Shown one piece after another: positions 37,463 to 47,506 of a stretch of 64,000 nt of DNA. The stretch's first letter is position 1; each line of letters opens with the position of its first letter. The notes beneath the pieces are model-generated. The model did no database searches, was not told the origin of the DNA, and saw only the letters and a list, made by a program, of their open reading frames with translations. Position numbers and translations under genes: made by a program. This DNA comes from a virus, in the IMG/VR virus record IMGVR_UViG_3300044542_000416, positions 2,022 to 66,021 of that record; one strand, 5' to 3'.

Positions 37463-38513
37463 TTACAGTCCCCCTAACGGGTATGTTGTTTGTATCGATA
37501 ACAAGATTGCCTGCGGCATCGTTTATTTTAAGGTTTTCTATGTCCGTAATGCCTTCAAACTCGATTAATCGGCTTTCAATCTGGCTTAGTCTTACAACAA
37601 TAGTGCTGTCTTCCCATGTCTTGTTAAGCTCTAAAAAATAAGCATCAAGTATGCTTTCTATATAGCTTTTGGCATCGTCAGCGCTCCAGCCGGAGGCATA
37701 TGTAATGTCACACGTGATGTTTATGGCTGTGCTTCCAGCGGCTGTTACCGTTACTCTGTGGCCGAACGGCGCTATGCCGTAGCCTTCGCCGCTGTTTACT
37801 ACCGGGTCGATAGCTGTCTGCACCGTATTAACAAGAGTTGAGGACGGAACACCGTAATCGCTTGATATAATTACAATGCTTACATTGCCGCCGCCCTCTG
37901 CTGCTCTGTAGGCTTTGCAGCCCCCGACGCCGTCAATGGCATCTATTTTTTCTTTGTAGTCTGACCTATTGCCGCCAAATGACTGATTGCCGAAGCTGTT
38001 AAAATACCGTGTGCGTAAGTCGTCGTCTGTTTCTTCATCTTCTCCGGGCACAAGTATTTCCGTAAGCTCGGCACTTGTCAGACCCTGCACATAATCTATA
38101 GGTACGAGGGTTCCTGTATAGCCGTTCGGCTCGTTTCCTGAGGTCTCACAGGCCAGTTTGTAGCTGTGGTCCGCATCGCTTATAAGCTCCGTGACTGTGT
38201 AGTTATAACTGTCAAGATTAAACCTGTTTCCTATAGGAACAGCGGTGTTAAATATACCTTTCACTACGGCATATGTTGCCGCTTCACGTTCAAGACCCCT
38301 TTCAGCAACACGCTTGTCAAGATAATCACCTGTCATGGTGTCCGCAAAAGTCTCATTTAAGATTGTATCAAGACTTGTGTACATCTGCGCAAGCTCTATG
38401 GCAGCAGGTGCAATAGCGTCATATATAACACTGCCTTCCCTTTTATCCACACTGCTGGATACCTTTGCAAGCATCTGATTTAATATGTAATCGTATGTAT
38501 AGATTTCAAACAT
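37452..38513 (-). CDS. xkdT: Baseplate J-like protein (XkdT)
   Basis: DKREGSVIYDAIAP, GEDEETDDDLRTRY, FGGNRSDY, GIAPFGH. Confidence 0.95.
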   Translation of the reverse strand: MFEIYTYDYILNQMLAKVSSSVDKREGSVIYDAIAPAAIELAQMYTSLDTILNETFADTMTGDYLDKRVAERGLEREAATYAVVKGIFNTAVPIGNRFNLDSYNYTVTELISDADHSYKLACETSGNEPNGYTGTLVPIDYVQGLTSAELTEILVPGEDEETDDDLRTRYFNSFGNQSFGGNRSDYKEKIDAIDGVGGCKAYRAAEGGGNVSIVIISSDYGVPSSTLVNTVQTAIDPVVNSGEGYGIAPFGHRVTVTAAGSTAINITCDITYASGWSADDAKSYIESILDAYFLELNKTWEDSTIVVRLSQIESRLIEFEGITDIENLKINDAAGNLVIDTNNIPVRGTVNGN

Positions 38514-38904
38514 TTACACTCACCCCGCTTTCAAACGCTCCGTAATCACAGGTCACCGTAAATGTAACGCTTAACGTGTTTCTTCCTGTTTTCTCAAATG
38601 AAAAGTCAGATACATCGCTTATACGGTAATCCTGAGTAAGAGCTTCTTTTATACGCCGTTTTAATTCAGATTTGACATAGTTTATAGGCTTGCCAAAAAG
38701 GTCCTTAAGCTCTATGCCGTAATTCCATGAAAAAATAAGCCAGTCATATCTTTCTGTATTAAGCATAAGATAGACGGCTTGTTTTACGGCTTCTATTGTG
38801 TCTTTTTTGCCTGCTATAAAGTCTTTGCTTATATTAAGTCCGTATGTTTTTGAAGGCTTTGCGGTTACTGTAATATTTGTTGTTGATAATCCTTCAGGTA
38901 TCAT
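38506..38904 (-). CDS. xkdS: Baseplate protein XkdS/DUF2634
   Basis: EAVKQAVY...TERY...YGIEL...RRIKEALTQD. Confidence 0.92.
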   Translation of the reverse strand: MIPEGLSTTNITVTAKPSKTYGLNISKDFIAGKKDTIEAVKQAVYLMLNTERYDWLIFSWNYGIELKDLFGKPINYVKSELKRRIKEALTQDYRISDVSDFSFEKTGRNTLSVTFTVTCDYGAFESGVSVNV

Positions 38905-39320
38905 TCACTCACCGCCCTGTCTAAAATTAAATATTTCTGACCTCCGGCCAGCCGCATAAGTATGACCTTGTCACCGGCTTTAAGTGCATTGTAAACCGTA
39001 ATCTCGTGTTTTACAGCCGGCTGCTTAAATGACATCTTTGACTCACTGCTTTCTGATGTTTCCTGCATATTAAATGTAGTAAATATCTGTTTTATGGCAG
39101 GATTATCAAAGCTTATTTTCGTTTTGTAGTCTGTCAAATACTGCGGTATTATAAGCTGTTTTTCGCCTAAGGTAAGTTTTTGGTCAATAAAAATCTTAAG
39201 CGGCGAAACGCTTTTAACAGTTCCAAATACAATACTTACAGGCTTTGAGTTATTGACCGCGTTTACTGCTACATTTTGTATTACTTTTACTAAATCAGTA
39301 CTGTTAAGCAAGATACTCAC
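38901..39320 (-). CDS. xkdR: XkdR/DUF2577 protein
   Basis: GTVKSVSPLKI, LKAGDKVILMRLAGGQKYLILDR. Confidence 0.9.
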   Translation of the reverse strand: MSILLNSTDLVKVIQNVAVNAVNNSKPVSIVFGTVKSVSPLKIFIDQKLTLGEKQLIIPQYLTDYKTKISFDNPAIKQIFTTFNMQETSESSESKMSFKQPAVKHEITVYNALKAGDKVILMRLAGGQKYLILDRAVSE

Positions 39321-40278
39321 CGCCTGACAGCTCTAAATCCATTGTGTGCTCAGACTGTTTAAAAGTATGGGTACACTTTTCAACAATAAGCCAGTTATTT
39401 GTAAGAATGTCACCAAAGTTTAAAAACACAGGCACTTGGCTTCCCGCTCTCACTCTTAAATCACCAAATACACCGCTTACTGAAATAGAACGTGTTTTGT
39501 TGTTATATAATTCCAGTATCATGTCAGCCACATTTTGCCCGTTTGAGATGTCGTTTATCTTGTCAAAATACTGCAGAACGCCCCATCGTTTAATCGACTC
39601 GTCACATTGCTTTGGAAAAATCTTCATTTCATGTGTACTGCTGTCCTGATAAAGAAGCTTGACTTTGTTGTAGGTCTGACTGTCTATTGAAGTCTCATAA
39701 TTAAAGTCCTGCGCCGTCTGTTCCTCAATTTTAACAGGTACTTTCATGTTTCCTATGTTCTTTAAAGCAAGCTTCCCGAAATCATCATAAAGCACATACA
39801 TCTTTTTTGTATTCTGCATTGTCACTTCAAGAGCGTTTTTCATCATGTCAAAAAGAGTAGTATTATCCTCAACGCGGCTGGCTATTATGTAGCCTGTGTC
39901 ATCAACATCGCCTGTAAATAAGCTGAAATCTTTGGCAATCCGCTTTAAAAGCCAAGAAGCCGTCTTGTTTTCATACTGGTATGTGTCTTTGTTTTTAAAG
40001 TACCTAAGCTGGTCATATGCCGTTACCGAAATAAGCCCGTCTTTGCTCCTCGATTTTTTAAACACAAAACCTAAAAAAACAGGTTTGCCGTCAACTCTGA
40101 ACTCCACCCTGTTTCCTTCCTGAAAGTCTATAATATTATCTTTTATTACTGAAAATTCAAGCTGTCCCGGCGTTCCTTCTCTGCCTGTGGTCCACTTTAT
40201 TCCTTCTTCAACAACGGGCTCGTAAACTTTGTTTTTCTGCGGATTTTCAATTGTTAGACTAATATCCATAAAAATCAC
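39304..40278 (-). CDS. xkdQ: Baseplate hub XkdQ
   Basis: TAYDQLRYFKNKDT, LYDDFGKL, WGVLQY, VRAG. Confidence 0.92.
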   Translation of the reverse strand: MIFMDISLTIENPQKNKVYEPVVEEGIKWTTGREGTPGQLEFSVIKDNIIDFQEGNRVEFRVDGKPVFLGFVFKKSRSKDGLISVTAYDQLRYFKNKDTYQYENKTASWLLKRIAKDFSLFTGDVDDTGYIIASRVEDNTTLFDMMKNALEVTMQNTKKMYVLYDDFGKLALKNIGNMKVPVKIEEQTAQDFNYETSIDSQTYNKVKLLYQDSSTHEMKIFPKQCDESIKRWGVLQYFDKINDISNGQNVADMILELYNNKTRSISVSGVFGDLRVRAGSQVPVFLNFGDILTNNWLIVEKCTHTFKQSEHTMDLELSGGEYLA

Positions 40279-40279
40279 C

Positions 40280-40939
40280 TCACAAAGCCGGAATAATTAT
40301 TTTCTGCCCTACTGATATCCTGTTCGGATTTGCTATTGAGTTGGCTTTGGCTATATCCGCGTATTTGCTTCCGTCGTCGTAAAATTTCTTTGCCAAAACC
40401 CACAGTGTATCACCGGATTTTACTGTGTAGCTTTTATCTTCCTGAGGCTCCGGCGAGTTATCAGTCTCGCGCTGTTTTTCAATTGTTGCCGTGCCGTCAT
40501 CTGCTATGTTTACCACTGAAGTTTTAATGTCGTTATACTCCTTTAATGTAATGCTGACCGTTATATCAAAACCGTCGCCTGCCTGTTCTTTAATCGTGTA
40601 GTCTTCGAGGCTTACCCTGATATTTGTGTCATAAAGCCCGGTGCCGTCCGGCATTTCTCTGTTTACTATAAACCTGAAAGGCTTTTTGTCATTTTTAAGT
40701 TTCTTTAATTTGTCAAGATAGTATTTTTGATTTTTCAAGTCTCCGTTATAGTTGGCAAACGGGTATTTTACCGCCGGAATACGCATGTCAAAACTTAGCT
40801 CTGAAAGCCCCGGAGCTTTAATGAAGTTAAACTCACTTTCATTAATTAAAGTCACAGTGCTGTTTTGGTTTTTAATCTTAATTTGTAAACTTTCCGGTGC
40901 AACAGGAAGCAGTAAATCACCTAAATAAAACTCATACAT
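40280..40939 (-). CDS. xkdP: LysM-domain tail protein XkdP
   Basis: YTVKSGDTLWVLAKKFY...IANPNRISVGQ. Confidence 0.93.
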   Translation of the reverse strand: MYEFYLGDLLLPVAPESLQIKIKNQNSTVTLINESEFNFIKAPGLSELSFDMRIPAVKYPFANYNGDLKNQKYYLDKLKKLKNDKKPFRFIVNREMPDGTGLYDTNIRVSLEDYTIKEQAGDGFDITVSITLKEYNDIKTSVVNIADDGTATIEKQRETDNSPEPQEDKSYTVKSGDTLWVLAKKFYDDGSKYADIAKANSIANPNRISVGQKIIIPAL

Positions 40940-40942
40940 TTA

Positions 40943-43099
40943 TCATCCCTCCGCCATAACCGCCATGGCCTCACTTGTTTTTCTTGCCAAATGGTCGACA
41001 ACTCCGTCAATGTCCATGCCGTTTTTAACTGTGTTGTTCATGCCTGACATATCAACATTAATAGTCGGCGTTACATAACGCATAACGATGTCACGCTCGG
41101 CCATTTTACGTAAGTATTTCATGTTGTCGTCATCGGTCTTCATGCTGCTGGCCATACTTCCGGTGTTGGCCGCCGTCTGCGCCGCATAGTTTGTACCCGC
41201 ATCACTGCCGCCGTTTACACCCAAGTTCGGAATATCTGGCATATTAGGCATAGCGGGCATCTCAGGAATAACAAAGTTGTTTTTGCCAAACAAGCCCTTT
41301 GCTTTGTCTTCTATACCTTTGCCGAAATTGTTCCCGGCTTTATAAGCCTTGCTATAGCTTACTCCTTTAAATAAAACAGGCGCCCTTCTGTCTATAGTAA
41401 TCGCATTCTTATTCTTTCCCCACTTGAGCACATTGCTTTGAAGTGCTGAAAGACCGGCAGTCCAATTTGTTTTAAATATGGCATCAATAATTGTAGTAAC
41501 GACTTTTCCAAGAGATAGGAACCATGAAATAATCTGGCCTATAAGATTTTTAACGGCATCTCCAAAACTGTTAAATCCGCCGTTAGCGGCATTGAGAACA
41601 AACTCTATAATGCTGATAAAAGGTTCAATAAACGTCCATATAACCTGTATCATGGCATTTACTACACCGGCGGCAATATTAAGAATAAAAGCACCGGCTG
41701 TTGCTATGACTCCGCATATAACGCCTGTGGCACTTATTGACGTACCCTTTACCTTGTTTATAATTGCTATTACTATGTAAATGGCTGCAATAACAGCGAT
41801 AATAGATACTATTATCCATGTGATAGGGCAGGCTAAAAGTGTTTGATTAAATATCATTTGTGCTTTTGTCATTCCAGTTGTTTTCAAAGTTTCTTCAGTA
41901 ATAGCAGCGCCATGTGCTACTGACGCGAGTGTTGAGGCAATCTTAACCGCTTTGCTTATACCCTCGACAATAATGTTCGCCAAGACAGCTGCCTTATATA
42001 GCCCTAATATTGTTACAACAGTTAGGATTACAGGCCCGATTATCGACCAGTTATCGCTTATAAACTTTGCCGCGGTTGCTGAAATATTTATAATACCCGA
42101 AATTGCATAAGTAATAAAACTGAAAGCCCCTGCAAGCTGTAAAATAACCTGTTTTGCGGTACCCATGTTGGCACTTATAGTATTAAAGAACTGAAGCACT
42201 GCCGGATAAACTTTGCCGCCGACCGTTTCCCTTATATCGCCCCAAGCGTTTGAAATCTGCTTAATTGCACCTGCCGGCGTCTGTGCCATGACCTGATTCA
42301 TATTTCCTACATTGTCAGTTATTACCTGCGCCAAGACAGCCGCTCTCTGTTCCTCGTTGCCATATTTAAGAGCTTTTTCTTGCGCATCGTTAAATGTAAT
42401 GCCAACTCTTGCAAGTGTTGTGGTCTGCCCCTGCATAGCTTTTCCCATCATATTGCCTATGCTTACAACGTTTTGTGCTGTAACGTCAACTCCGTTTTGC
42501 TGTACCGCAAGATTATTCATAGCCGGTATCAAAGTCTTTAGTGACTTGTCGGAGTTTAAGAATGTGGCAAGCTGCTGTGCTCCTGCCATCTGCACTTCAT
42601 CACCGACAACGCCTATTTTCTGCTGTGCAGCCGTGAGATTCTTAACTGACTGCACCATGCTGTCAGTAGCGCCCATTCTCTGACGCATTATAGTTGTAAG
42701 TTTTGTTTCTGCTTCTATCTGCGTGTTTTCGGCTTGTACAGAGCCGCTGAAAAAGCCTATAGTCTTTTTAATCCCCTGTAAGCCGAGATATACTCCGGCT
42801 ATGCCTTTAATTTTGTTAAGCAGCCCTGCCGCCGGTGAGACTCCGCCGCTGAAATCTCTGTTAAGGCTTCTCTGCGCTTGGTCTGCCTGTGATATGTCGT
42901 TTCTTATGCCTTCAATTGCAATATCAACCTGTGCAAGTGACTCGCGTGCGGTATTTAATGAAGCAAGGTTTACAGTTCTTCCTGACGCTCTCTCTACATT
43001 CTCAAAACTGCTTACTACATGATTAAGAGCCGTAACCATGTTTGAAATAACCGGTGTCACCCTGTCCTGAAGCTGTATTGCTGTATATATGGTTGCCAT
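40943..43099 (-). CDS. Tail tape measure protein
   Basis: ATG 43099 (MATIYTAIQLQD); Ala/Gln-rich with hydrophobic block; between chaperone and LysM gene. Confidence 0.92.
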   Translation of the reverse strand: MATIYTAIQLQDRVTPVISNMVTALNHVVSSFENVERASGRTVNLASLNTARESLAQVDIAIEGIRNDISQADQAQRSLNRDFSGGVSPAAGLLNKIKGIAGVYLGLQGIKKTIGFFSGSVQAENTQIEAETKLTTIMRQRMGATDSMVQSVKNLTAAQQKIGVVGDEVQMAGAQQLATFLNSDKSLKTLIPAMNNLAVQQNGVDVTAQNVVSIGNMMGKAMQGQTTTLARVGITFNDAQEKALKYGNEEQRAAVLAQVITDNVGNMNQVMAQTPAGAIKQISNAWGDIRETVGGKVYPAVLQFFNTISANMGTAKQVILQLAGAFSFITYAISGIINISATAAKFISDNWSIIGPVILTVVTILGLYKAAVLANIIVEGISKAVKIASTLASVAHGAAITEETLKTTGMTKAQMIFNQTLLACPITWIIVSIIAVIAAIYIVIAIINKVKGTSISATGVICGVIATAGAFILNIAAGVVNAMIQVIWTFIEPFISIIEFVLNAANGGFNSFGDAVKNLIGQIISWFLSLGKVVTTIIDAIFKTNWTAGLSALQSNVLKWGKNKNAITIDRRAPVLFKGVSYSKAYKAGNNFGKGIEDKAKGLFGKNNFVIPEMPAMPNMPDIPNLGVNGGSDAGTNYAAQTAANTGSMASSMKTDDDNMKYLRKMAERDIVMRYVTPTINVDMSGMNNTVKNGMDIDGVVDHLARKTSEAMAVMAEG

Positions 43100-43134
43100 T
43101 TGTTTTGCCCCCCCCTTTCTAAATTTTCGTACTA

Positions 43135-43164
43135 AAAAAGCACTCACGTTAAGTGAATGCTTTG
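43135..43164 (-). terminator. Intrinsic terminator of moron
   Basis: AAAGCACTCAC-GTTAA-GTGAATGCTTT. Confidence 0.7.
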
Positions 43165-43167
43165 CTC

Positions 43168-43668
43168 TTATAATTCTATTCTTCCGGTAGGCGGTTCTTT
43201 CTTCGGCATTTTTTCTTTTAAGGCCCTATAAAGGCTCGATGCCTCATTTCTATTTGAAAAATTGTCGCGTAAAAGAAGATTCTTTTCCTCTCCGCTTGAT
43301 GATTTATAGGTTATTAGCAAGTTCCCGGTAGTATCAACTTCTGTCTTAGTTTTAGGAGCAGAGCCAACTATAGCGCCGGGCACTCCGAATAATGCGCCAC
43401 CAACAAGTCCTTTAGTTAGACTGCTTTTGCTTTGAGTAAAAGTTTCTATGTCGTTACTGTATTGGATATCAATTATATTAGATACTTTGAGAATCATTTC
43501 TGTGTCTTGCATTTTTTTTGTTTTACATTTAATACGGATTTGGTCGTCAATTAAATATACCTGCCATGTGAATCTCTCATAGCCCTCAATATTTTTAATA
43601 ACAAATCCACCATGTCCGCCAAATTCTAATCCGCCATCTTTAGTTTTTTTCGGTCCAAACAGTCCCAT
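43168..43668 (-). CDS. Moron: hypothetical protein with Gly-rich hydrophobic hairpin (possible superinfection exclusion)
   Basis: GLVGGALFGVPGAIVGS; own TG-TATAAT promoter (~43709-43737) and terminator; inserted between chaperone and tape measure genes. Confidence 0.75.
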   Translation of the reverse strand: MGLFGPKKTKDGGLEFGGHGGFVIKNIEGYERFTWQVYLIDDQIRIKCKTKKMQDTEMILKVSNIIDIQYSNDIETFTQSKSSLTKGLVGGALFGVPGAIVGSAPKTKTEVDTTGNLLITYKSSSGEEKNLLLRDNFSNRNEASSLYRALKEKMPKKEPPTGRIEL

Positions 43669-43734
43669 ATTATCACCCCTGAAAATAAATTCTTTTTAAA
43701 TTGTTTTTATTATACATCACAAATTATAAAAAAT

Positions 43735-43923
43735 CTACTTTCCTTGGCGTTCTATCTCTTTTACTTTCTCTTCGTCATCTTTGTTTTTTATATCTATTGC
43801 AGCAGCTATGAAGGCCTGTTCTTCTCTGTCCATGCTTAAAAATCTTGAGGGCGGCCAGTGAAATTTATGCAAGCAGTAATATGCATAATTAGACTCAAGG
43901 TCGCCCTCCATTATTAGTTTTTT
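43735..43923 (-). CDS. -1 frameshift extension of tail assembly chaperone
   Basis: A AAA AAC TAA; -1 frame LIMEGDLESNYAYYCLHKFHWPPSRFLSMDREEQAFIAAAIDIK...ERQGK*. Confidence 0.85.
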   Translation of the reverse strand, partial: KKLIMEGDLESNYAYYCLHKFHWPPSRFLSMDREEQAFIAAAIDIKNKDDEEKVKEIERQGK

Positions 43924-44342
43924 GCTTCTTCGACTTTATCATCAAATGTTACATCAAAGCCGTCTAACTTTTGAATTTCAGAAGTTAAATTCTGATATTC
44001 TCCCGGAGAAAGCATCTCTTTAATAAGCTCCTCCGCACACATTACGCCGTAACTGTCCTGAAGCTCTTTATCATTAAGATTAGGATAAACAACACTTGCA
44101 GTCACAAGTTTTCCAAGATAAGTATCCACGTCAAGCTCCGGTGCTTTCACTGCTTTTTTACCGGCGATAGGCACCATCTTAGTACACGTTTCTCTTATTC
44201 CCTCATCACGTTTAGCTGACAGCGGACGTATCTCCCACTTGATAGTTTTTCCTTTTTCATCCGCAAAGCTGTCTGATACAGCTAAAAACAGATGTTCCTT
44301 TTTCTTTTTGTTTGACTTTAAAAATGCACTTAAATTTTCCAT
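43914..44342 (-). CDS. xkdN: Tail assembly chaperone XkdN
   Basis: VVYPNLNDKELQDSYGV...LSPGEY...EEAKN. Confidence 0.92.
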   Translation of the reverse strand: MENLSAFLKSNKKKKEHLFLAVSDSFADEKGKTIKWEIRPLSAKRDEGIRETCTKMVPIAGKKAVKAPELDVDTYLGKLVTASVVYPNLNDKELQDSYGVMCAEELIKEMLSPGEYQNLTSEIQKLDGFDVTFDDKVEEAKN

Positions 44343-44356
44343 ATCTTAGCCCCCTA

Positions 44357-44827
44357 TTATTCCATTCCTGTAAGTTCGTTAAATTCTTCCGGCATCTCCC
44401 AATCCTCAAATGTGAAGTCCATGTCCTCATCAAGAGTATCGCTTCCGGTATCAATTTTGGCAAGTATCCCGCCGTCAAAATTACAGTCTTTCAAAATAAC
44501 TGTCTGCCTTCCTGCACTGCTTGTCGGATCCTCGTTTATTATCATCATGTCAAAATACATGTCTTTTCCGCTTTCTTTAAACTTATAAAGATACCTTCTA
44601 AGTATAGACTGGTTATAATGAAATGTGGCACTTCCGGTGCCCTTCCAGCCGGTTGCTTTGTTTCCTTTGCCTGTTTTGCCGAGTATGGCAACCTCAGTCT
44701 TGTTTTTCTCCATTTTGGCTTCGACCTTGGTTGCCTGCATAAAGTTATAGCGGTTGTCGTCTATTGTTATATAACACTCAGCCAAACTGCCTGATACAGT
44801 GTCTTTTGCATTTAATATTTTAGGCAT
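44357..44827 (-). CDS. xkdM: Tail tube protein XkdM
   Basis: GNKATGWKGTG, NEDPTSSAGRQTVIL, DFTFED. Confidence 0.95.
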   Translation of the reverse strand: MPKILNAKDTVSGSLAECYITIDDNRYNFMQATKVEAKMEKNKTEVAILGKTGKGNKATGWKGTGSATFHYNQSILRRYLYKFKESGKDMYFDMMIINEDPTSSAGRQTVILKDCNFDGGILAKIDTGSDTLDEDMDFTFEDWEMPEEFNELTGME

Positions 44828-44840
44828 TTATTATTCCTCC

Positions 44841-46142
44841 TCACTGAACAATTACTGTCATATAGAGCTTACTCATTGCGCATACAGGCGTTACCGGATT
44901 AGTAACGACAACGCTCTTTTTGTCACTGCCGGCTTCCACGGTAACGTCTTTAGACTCGAAGTCCTCTATAGCCTGCAAGTCCTGTAACTCTTTGTTGTAA
45001 GTTACAATCTCATTCCATAACGAAAGCCTCCCTGCCGCGTTATTCTGCACTTTGCCTAAATATGTCGTATTGAAAAGCACTGCAATGTCGTTGCCTATCT
45101 GGTCAAGCACACGAATTACCTGATTTGATGAAAAATCAGCGCTCTTATCAACGGTAGCTGATACAAAACTGTTTATATCATCAAGTACATGTACCTCATC
45201 GCCTACTTTATGGAATACAAGGTATCCGGCCTTAAGCATTGTTTCAAGCTGGCTTTGTTTGAAGTCTGTATTAACCGTAAATTCACCGTCATAGGTCTTG
45301 TTTGTATTGCTCTTGTTTACAGCACATGACGCCTCAGCGCCTGTAAGCCAGTATACAAGAGAGCTTTCATCCCAGCCGTCATCTGTAACAGCGTTTTTAA
45401 GATTGATAATGCCTTCATAATCGGCAGCATCGTTGTAAAGCACTGTCTGGAATTTAACACCCATTTCATCACGCAGACGTTTTGTATAAGCCACAAATAG
45501 GCTCTTTACGGTATCATCGGTGCTTAGGCACCCAAGAGTATTAAAGCTGTAGCTTTCAAGCTTATCCAAAAATGCCTGATAACTGTCCCCTGTAACTTCT
45601 CCGTTTGTGCCTCCTGTCATAGGTGCTGCGGCCGTTGCTGCAAGTGTGGCCGTTTTATCAAATACAACAAAGTCATTGTCAGCAAGCTCCGAAGCTGCTG
45701 AAACGGTCTGTGTATCAACGGCTGTGCCGTCAAAATAAGTTGTTACATCAAACTTGCTTGTATCATCTACATTTGCGGCAATCGCAATCTTTATGTCATT
45801 GCCTCTTATACCGCTGTACTTAGCTGTTCCAAAAGTATTTGACGCTTTGTCTCCGCTGTTAAGCCTATAGCAGTAAAGAGTTTTGGCATTTATAAATAAA
45901 TCCCTAAGCCCTTTCAGCTTATCTGATGTATAGCTGTATCCAAAAATAATCTTGCTGTCTGACTGGAAATCCCCGCTTTCAACTGTGAATATCTCACCGT
46001 CAACGCCCCAGTCAAGATCAAGTGCTAAAGCGCAGTAACCTCTGTCGCTTATGCTCGCATTGGCGCTTGATGCACTTACAAAGTTTATGTAACTGCCCGG
46101 AAGCACCTTGTTTTGTGTTAAAAATGTTCCTCCGCCAAGCAT
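44841..46142 (-). CDS. xkdK: Tail sheath protein XkdK
   Basis: GGGTFLTQNKVLPGSYINF, NQVIRVLDQIGND, MSKLYMTV. Confidence 0.95.
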   Translation of the reverse strand: MLGGGTFLTQNKVLPGSYINFVSASSANASISDRGYCALALDLDWGVDGEIFTVESGDFQSDSKIIFGYSYTSDKLKGLRDLFINAKTLYCYRLNSGDKASNTFGTAKYSGIRGNDIKIAIAANVDDTSKFDVTTYFDGTAVDTQTVSAASELADNDFVVFDKTATLAATAAAPMTGGTNGEVTGDSYQAFLDKLESYSFNTLGCLSTDDTVKSLFVAYTKRLRDEMGVKFQTVLYNDAADYEGIINLKNAVTDDGWDESSLVYWLTGAEASCAVNKSNTNKTYDGEFTVNTDFKQSQLETMLKAGYLVFHKVGDEVHVLDDINSFVSATVDKSADFSSNQVIRVLDQIGNDIAVLFNTTYLGKVQNNAAGRLSLWNEIVTYNKELQDLQAIEDFESKDVTVEAGSDKKSVVVTNPVTPVCAMSKLYMTVIVQ

Positions 46143-46349
46143 TTATTTCACCCCCGCTTTTTTAAAGTTCTTCTTTTTAAAATTTTCTATCGCCTTATCT
46201 ATTTCATCAAAAGTGTATGCCCTGCCGTCGTCAAGAACTGCATTAAGCAGGTCCGCGCTTTCGGTATACTTTTTTGATTTTAGTATCTGGCTTTTTACAA
46301 ATACCTGTTCCTTTTTGATTGAAACAGTATCATTTTTTGACTTTGCCAA
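46143..46349 (-). CDS. Small tail protein upstream of sheath
   Basis: KSQILKSKKY...DLLNAVL conserved pattern. Confidence 0.75.
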   Translation of the reverse strand: MAKSKNDTVSIKKEQVFVKSQILKSKKYTESADLLNAVLDDGRAYTFDEIDKAIENFKKKNFKKAGVK

Positions 46350-46752
46350 TATAGTTTACCTCCTCCATATACTCATCATCGTTCTTTACATATCCGGTTA
46401 TGCTGTAGTCCACAAAGAAATGAAGCACGTAATCGGTGGTTTGGCTGTGCATGCCTGTACCTCTCAGATATCCGTCATCAACCTGTATGTACTCAAGCAG
46501 ACTGTAAAGTTCTTCCGCAACTGCTTCGCTTTGTTCCTTATCGCGGTGCTGCGGAAAGAACCTCACATCAAAACTGTACTGCCTTTGAAAATGTGTTCCC
46601 AATCCCTGAGTATGTATCTGTGTCAAAAGAATAATAAAAAAACAAGGCTCTTTAAAACCTTGTTCTATATCCTCTGTGCGTATTTCGTATTCATTTTGAC
46701 TGTAAACCGTTCTAATCGCATTGGCTATGGCCGTTTTTATCTTTTCAATCAT
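46330..46752 (-). CDS. Tail terminator (XkdJ-like)
   Basis: EQGFKEPCFFI, VLHFFVDY. Confidence 0.85.
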   Translation of the reverse strand: MIEKIKTAIANAIRTVYSQNEYEIRTEDIEQGFKEPCFFIILLTQIHTQGLGTHFQRQYSFDVRFFPQHRDKEQSEAVAEELYSLLEYIQVDDGYLRGTGMHSQTTDYVLHFFVDYSITGYVKNDDEYMEEVNYIGKVKK

Positions 46753-47147
46753 TTAAACGCCTCCACAAGAAATTGCTGTAACTTCTTTTCGATTATCTTA
46801 GGCGCATCGGCCTCAAGCTCTTTTGTGGATACGGTGAGCATAAATTTTCCTTTTACCCAGCCTTTATGACTTGGCGTTCTATGGCCATATTCAACGTATT
46901 CAGCATACTCAACGGGATTAATAATTTCTATTGTATATGTATTTCCGTTTTTATTTACTTCTCCTACCTGCCAATTGCGTTTAAGTTCACCCGTTTTTGT
47001 CGGCGTTATTGATTTTACTTTTCTTAAAAGCCTTGCGGCAAGCTCTTTTACAGCACTTTCGGAAAACTCATCCATTTTCTGTGAATCCAAATTTTGAAGT
47101 TTATCCCTGAAAGCCTTAAGCTGTGATATGTCCACACTTACACTCAT
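46749..47147 (-). CDS. HK97 gp10-like neck protein
   Basis: TPTKTGELKRNW, YAEYVEYGHR, WVKGKFML. Confidence 0.9.
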   Translation of the reverse strand: MSVSVDISQLKAFRDKLQNLDSQKMDEFSESAVKELAARLLRKVKSITPTKTGELKRNWQVGEVNKNGNTYTIEIINPVEYAEYVEYGHRTPSHKGWVKGKFMLTVSTKELEADAPKIIEKKLQQFLVEAFK

Positions 47148-47506
47148 GCTCTCTCCACCTCACTTACGAGGTTTATTTCTTGATGGCTTTTGTACTTTGC
47201 CGGTATACCTGAGGATACAAAAACGGCACCGTCTGACGTAACAATCTTGCTTCCTGCCGGTATATCATACTCAGGAGAACAAAACAGCTTTATTGACTGA
47301 CTTACGTTGTCGGTGCTGTCTGTCTGTGTGCCGTTTGGGCTGCTTTCAATGCTTATGTGACATGGTATCGAGTCATATAAAACCGTCTCCGTTGTATTGT
47401 TTATAACCCCTTCGGCGGTTGTATATCCTATAACCTGAACAGTGTTACTATGCAAGCCTTCTATATGCTTTTTCATAAGATTATACGGTATATTCATGCT
47501 TACCAC
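47144..47506 (-). CDS. Head-tail adaptor (XkdH-like)
   Basis: IPCHIS, KLFCSP...IPAGSKIV, HQEI. Confidence 0.82.
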   Translation of the reverse strand: MVSMNIPYNLMKKHIEGLHSNTVQVIGYTTAEGVINNTTETVLYDSIPCHISIESSPNGTQTDSTDNVSQSIKLFCSPEYDIPAGSKIVTSDGAVFVSSGIPAKYKSHQEINLVSEVERA

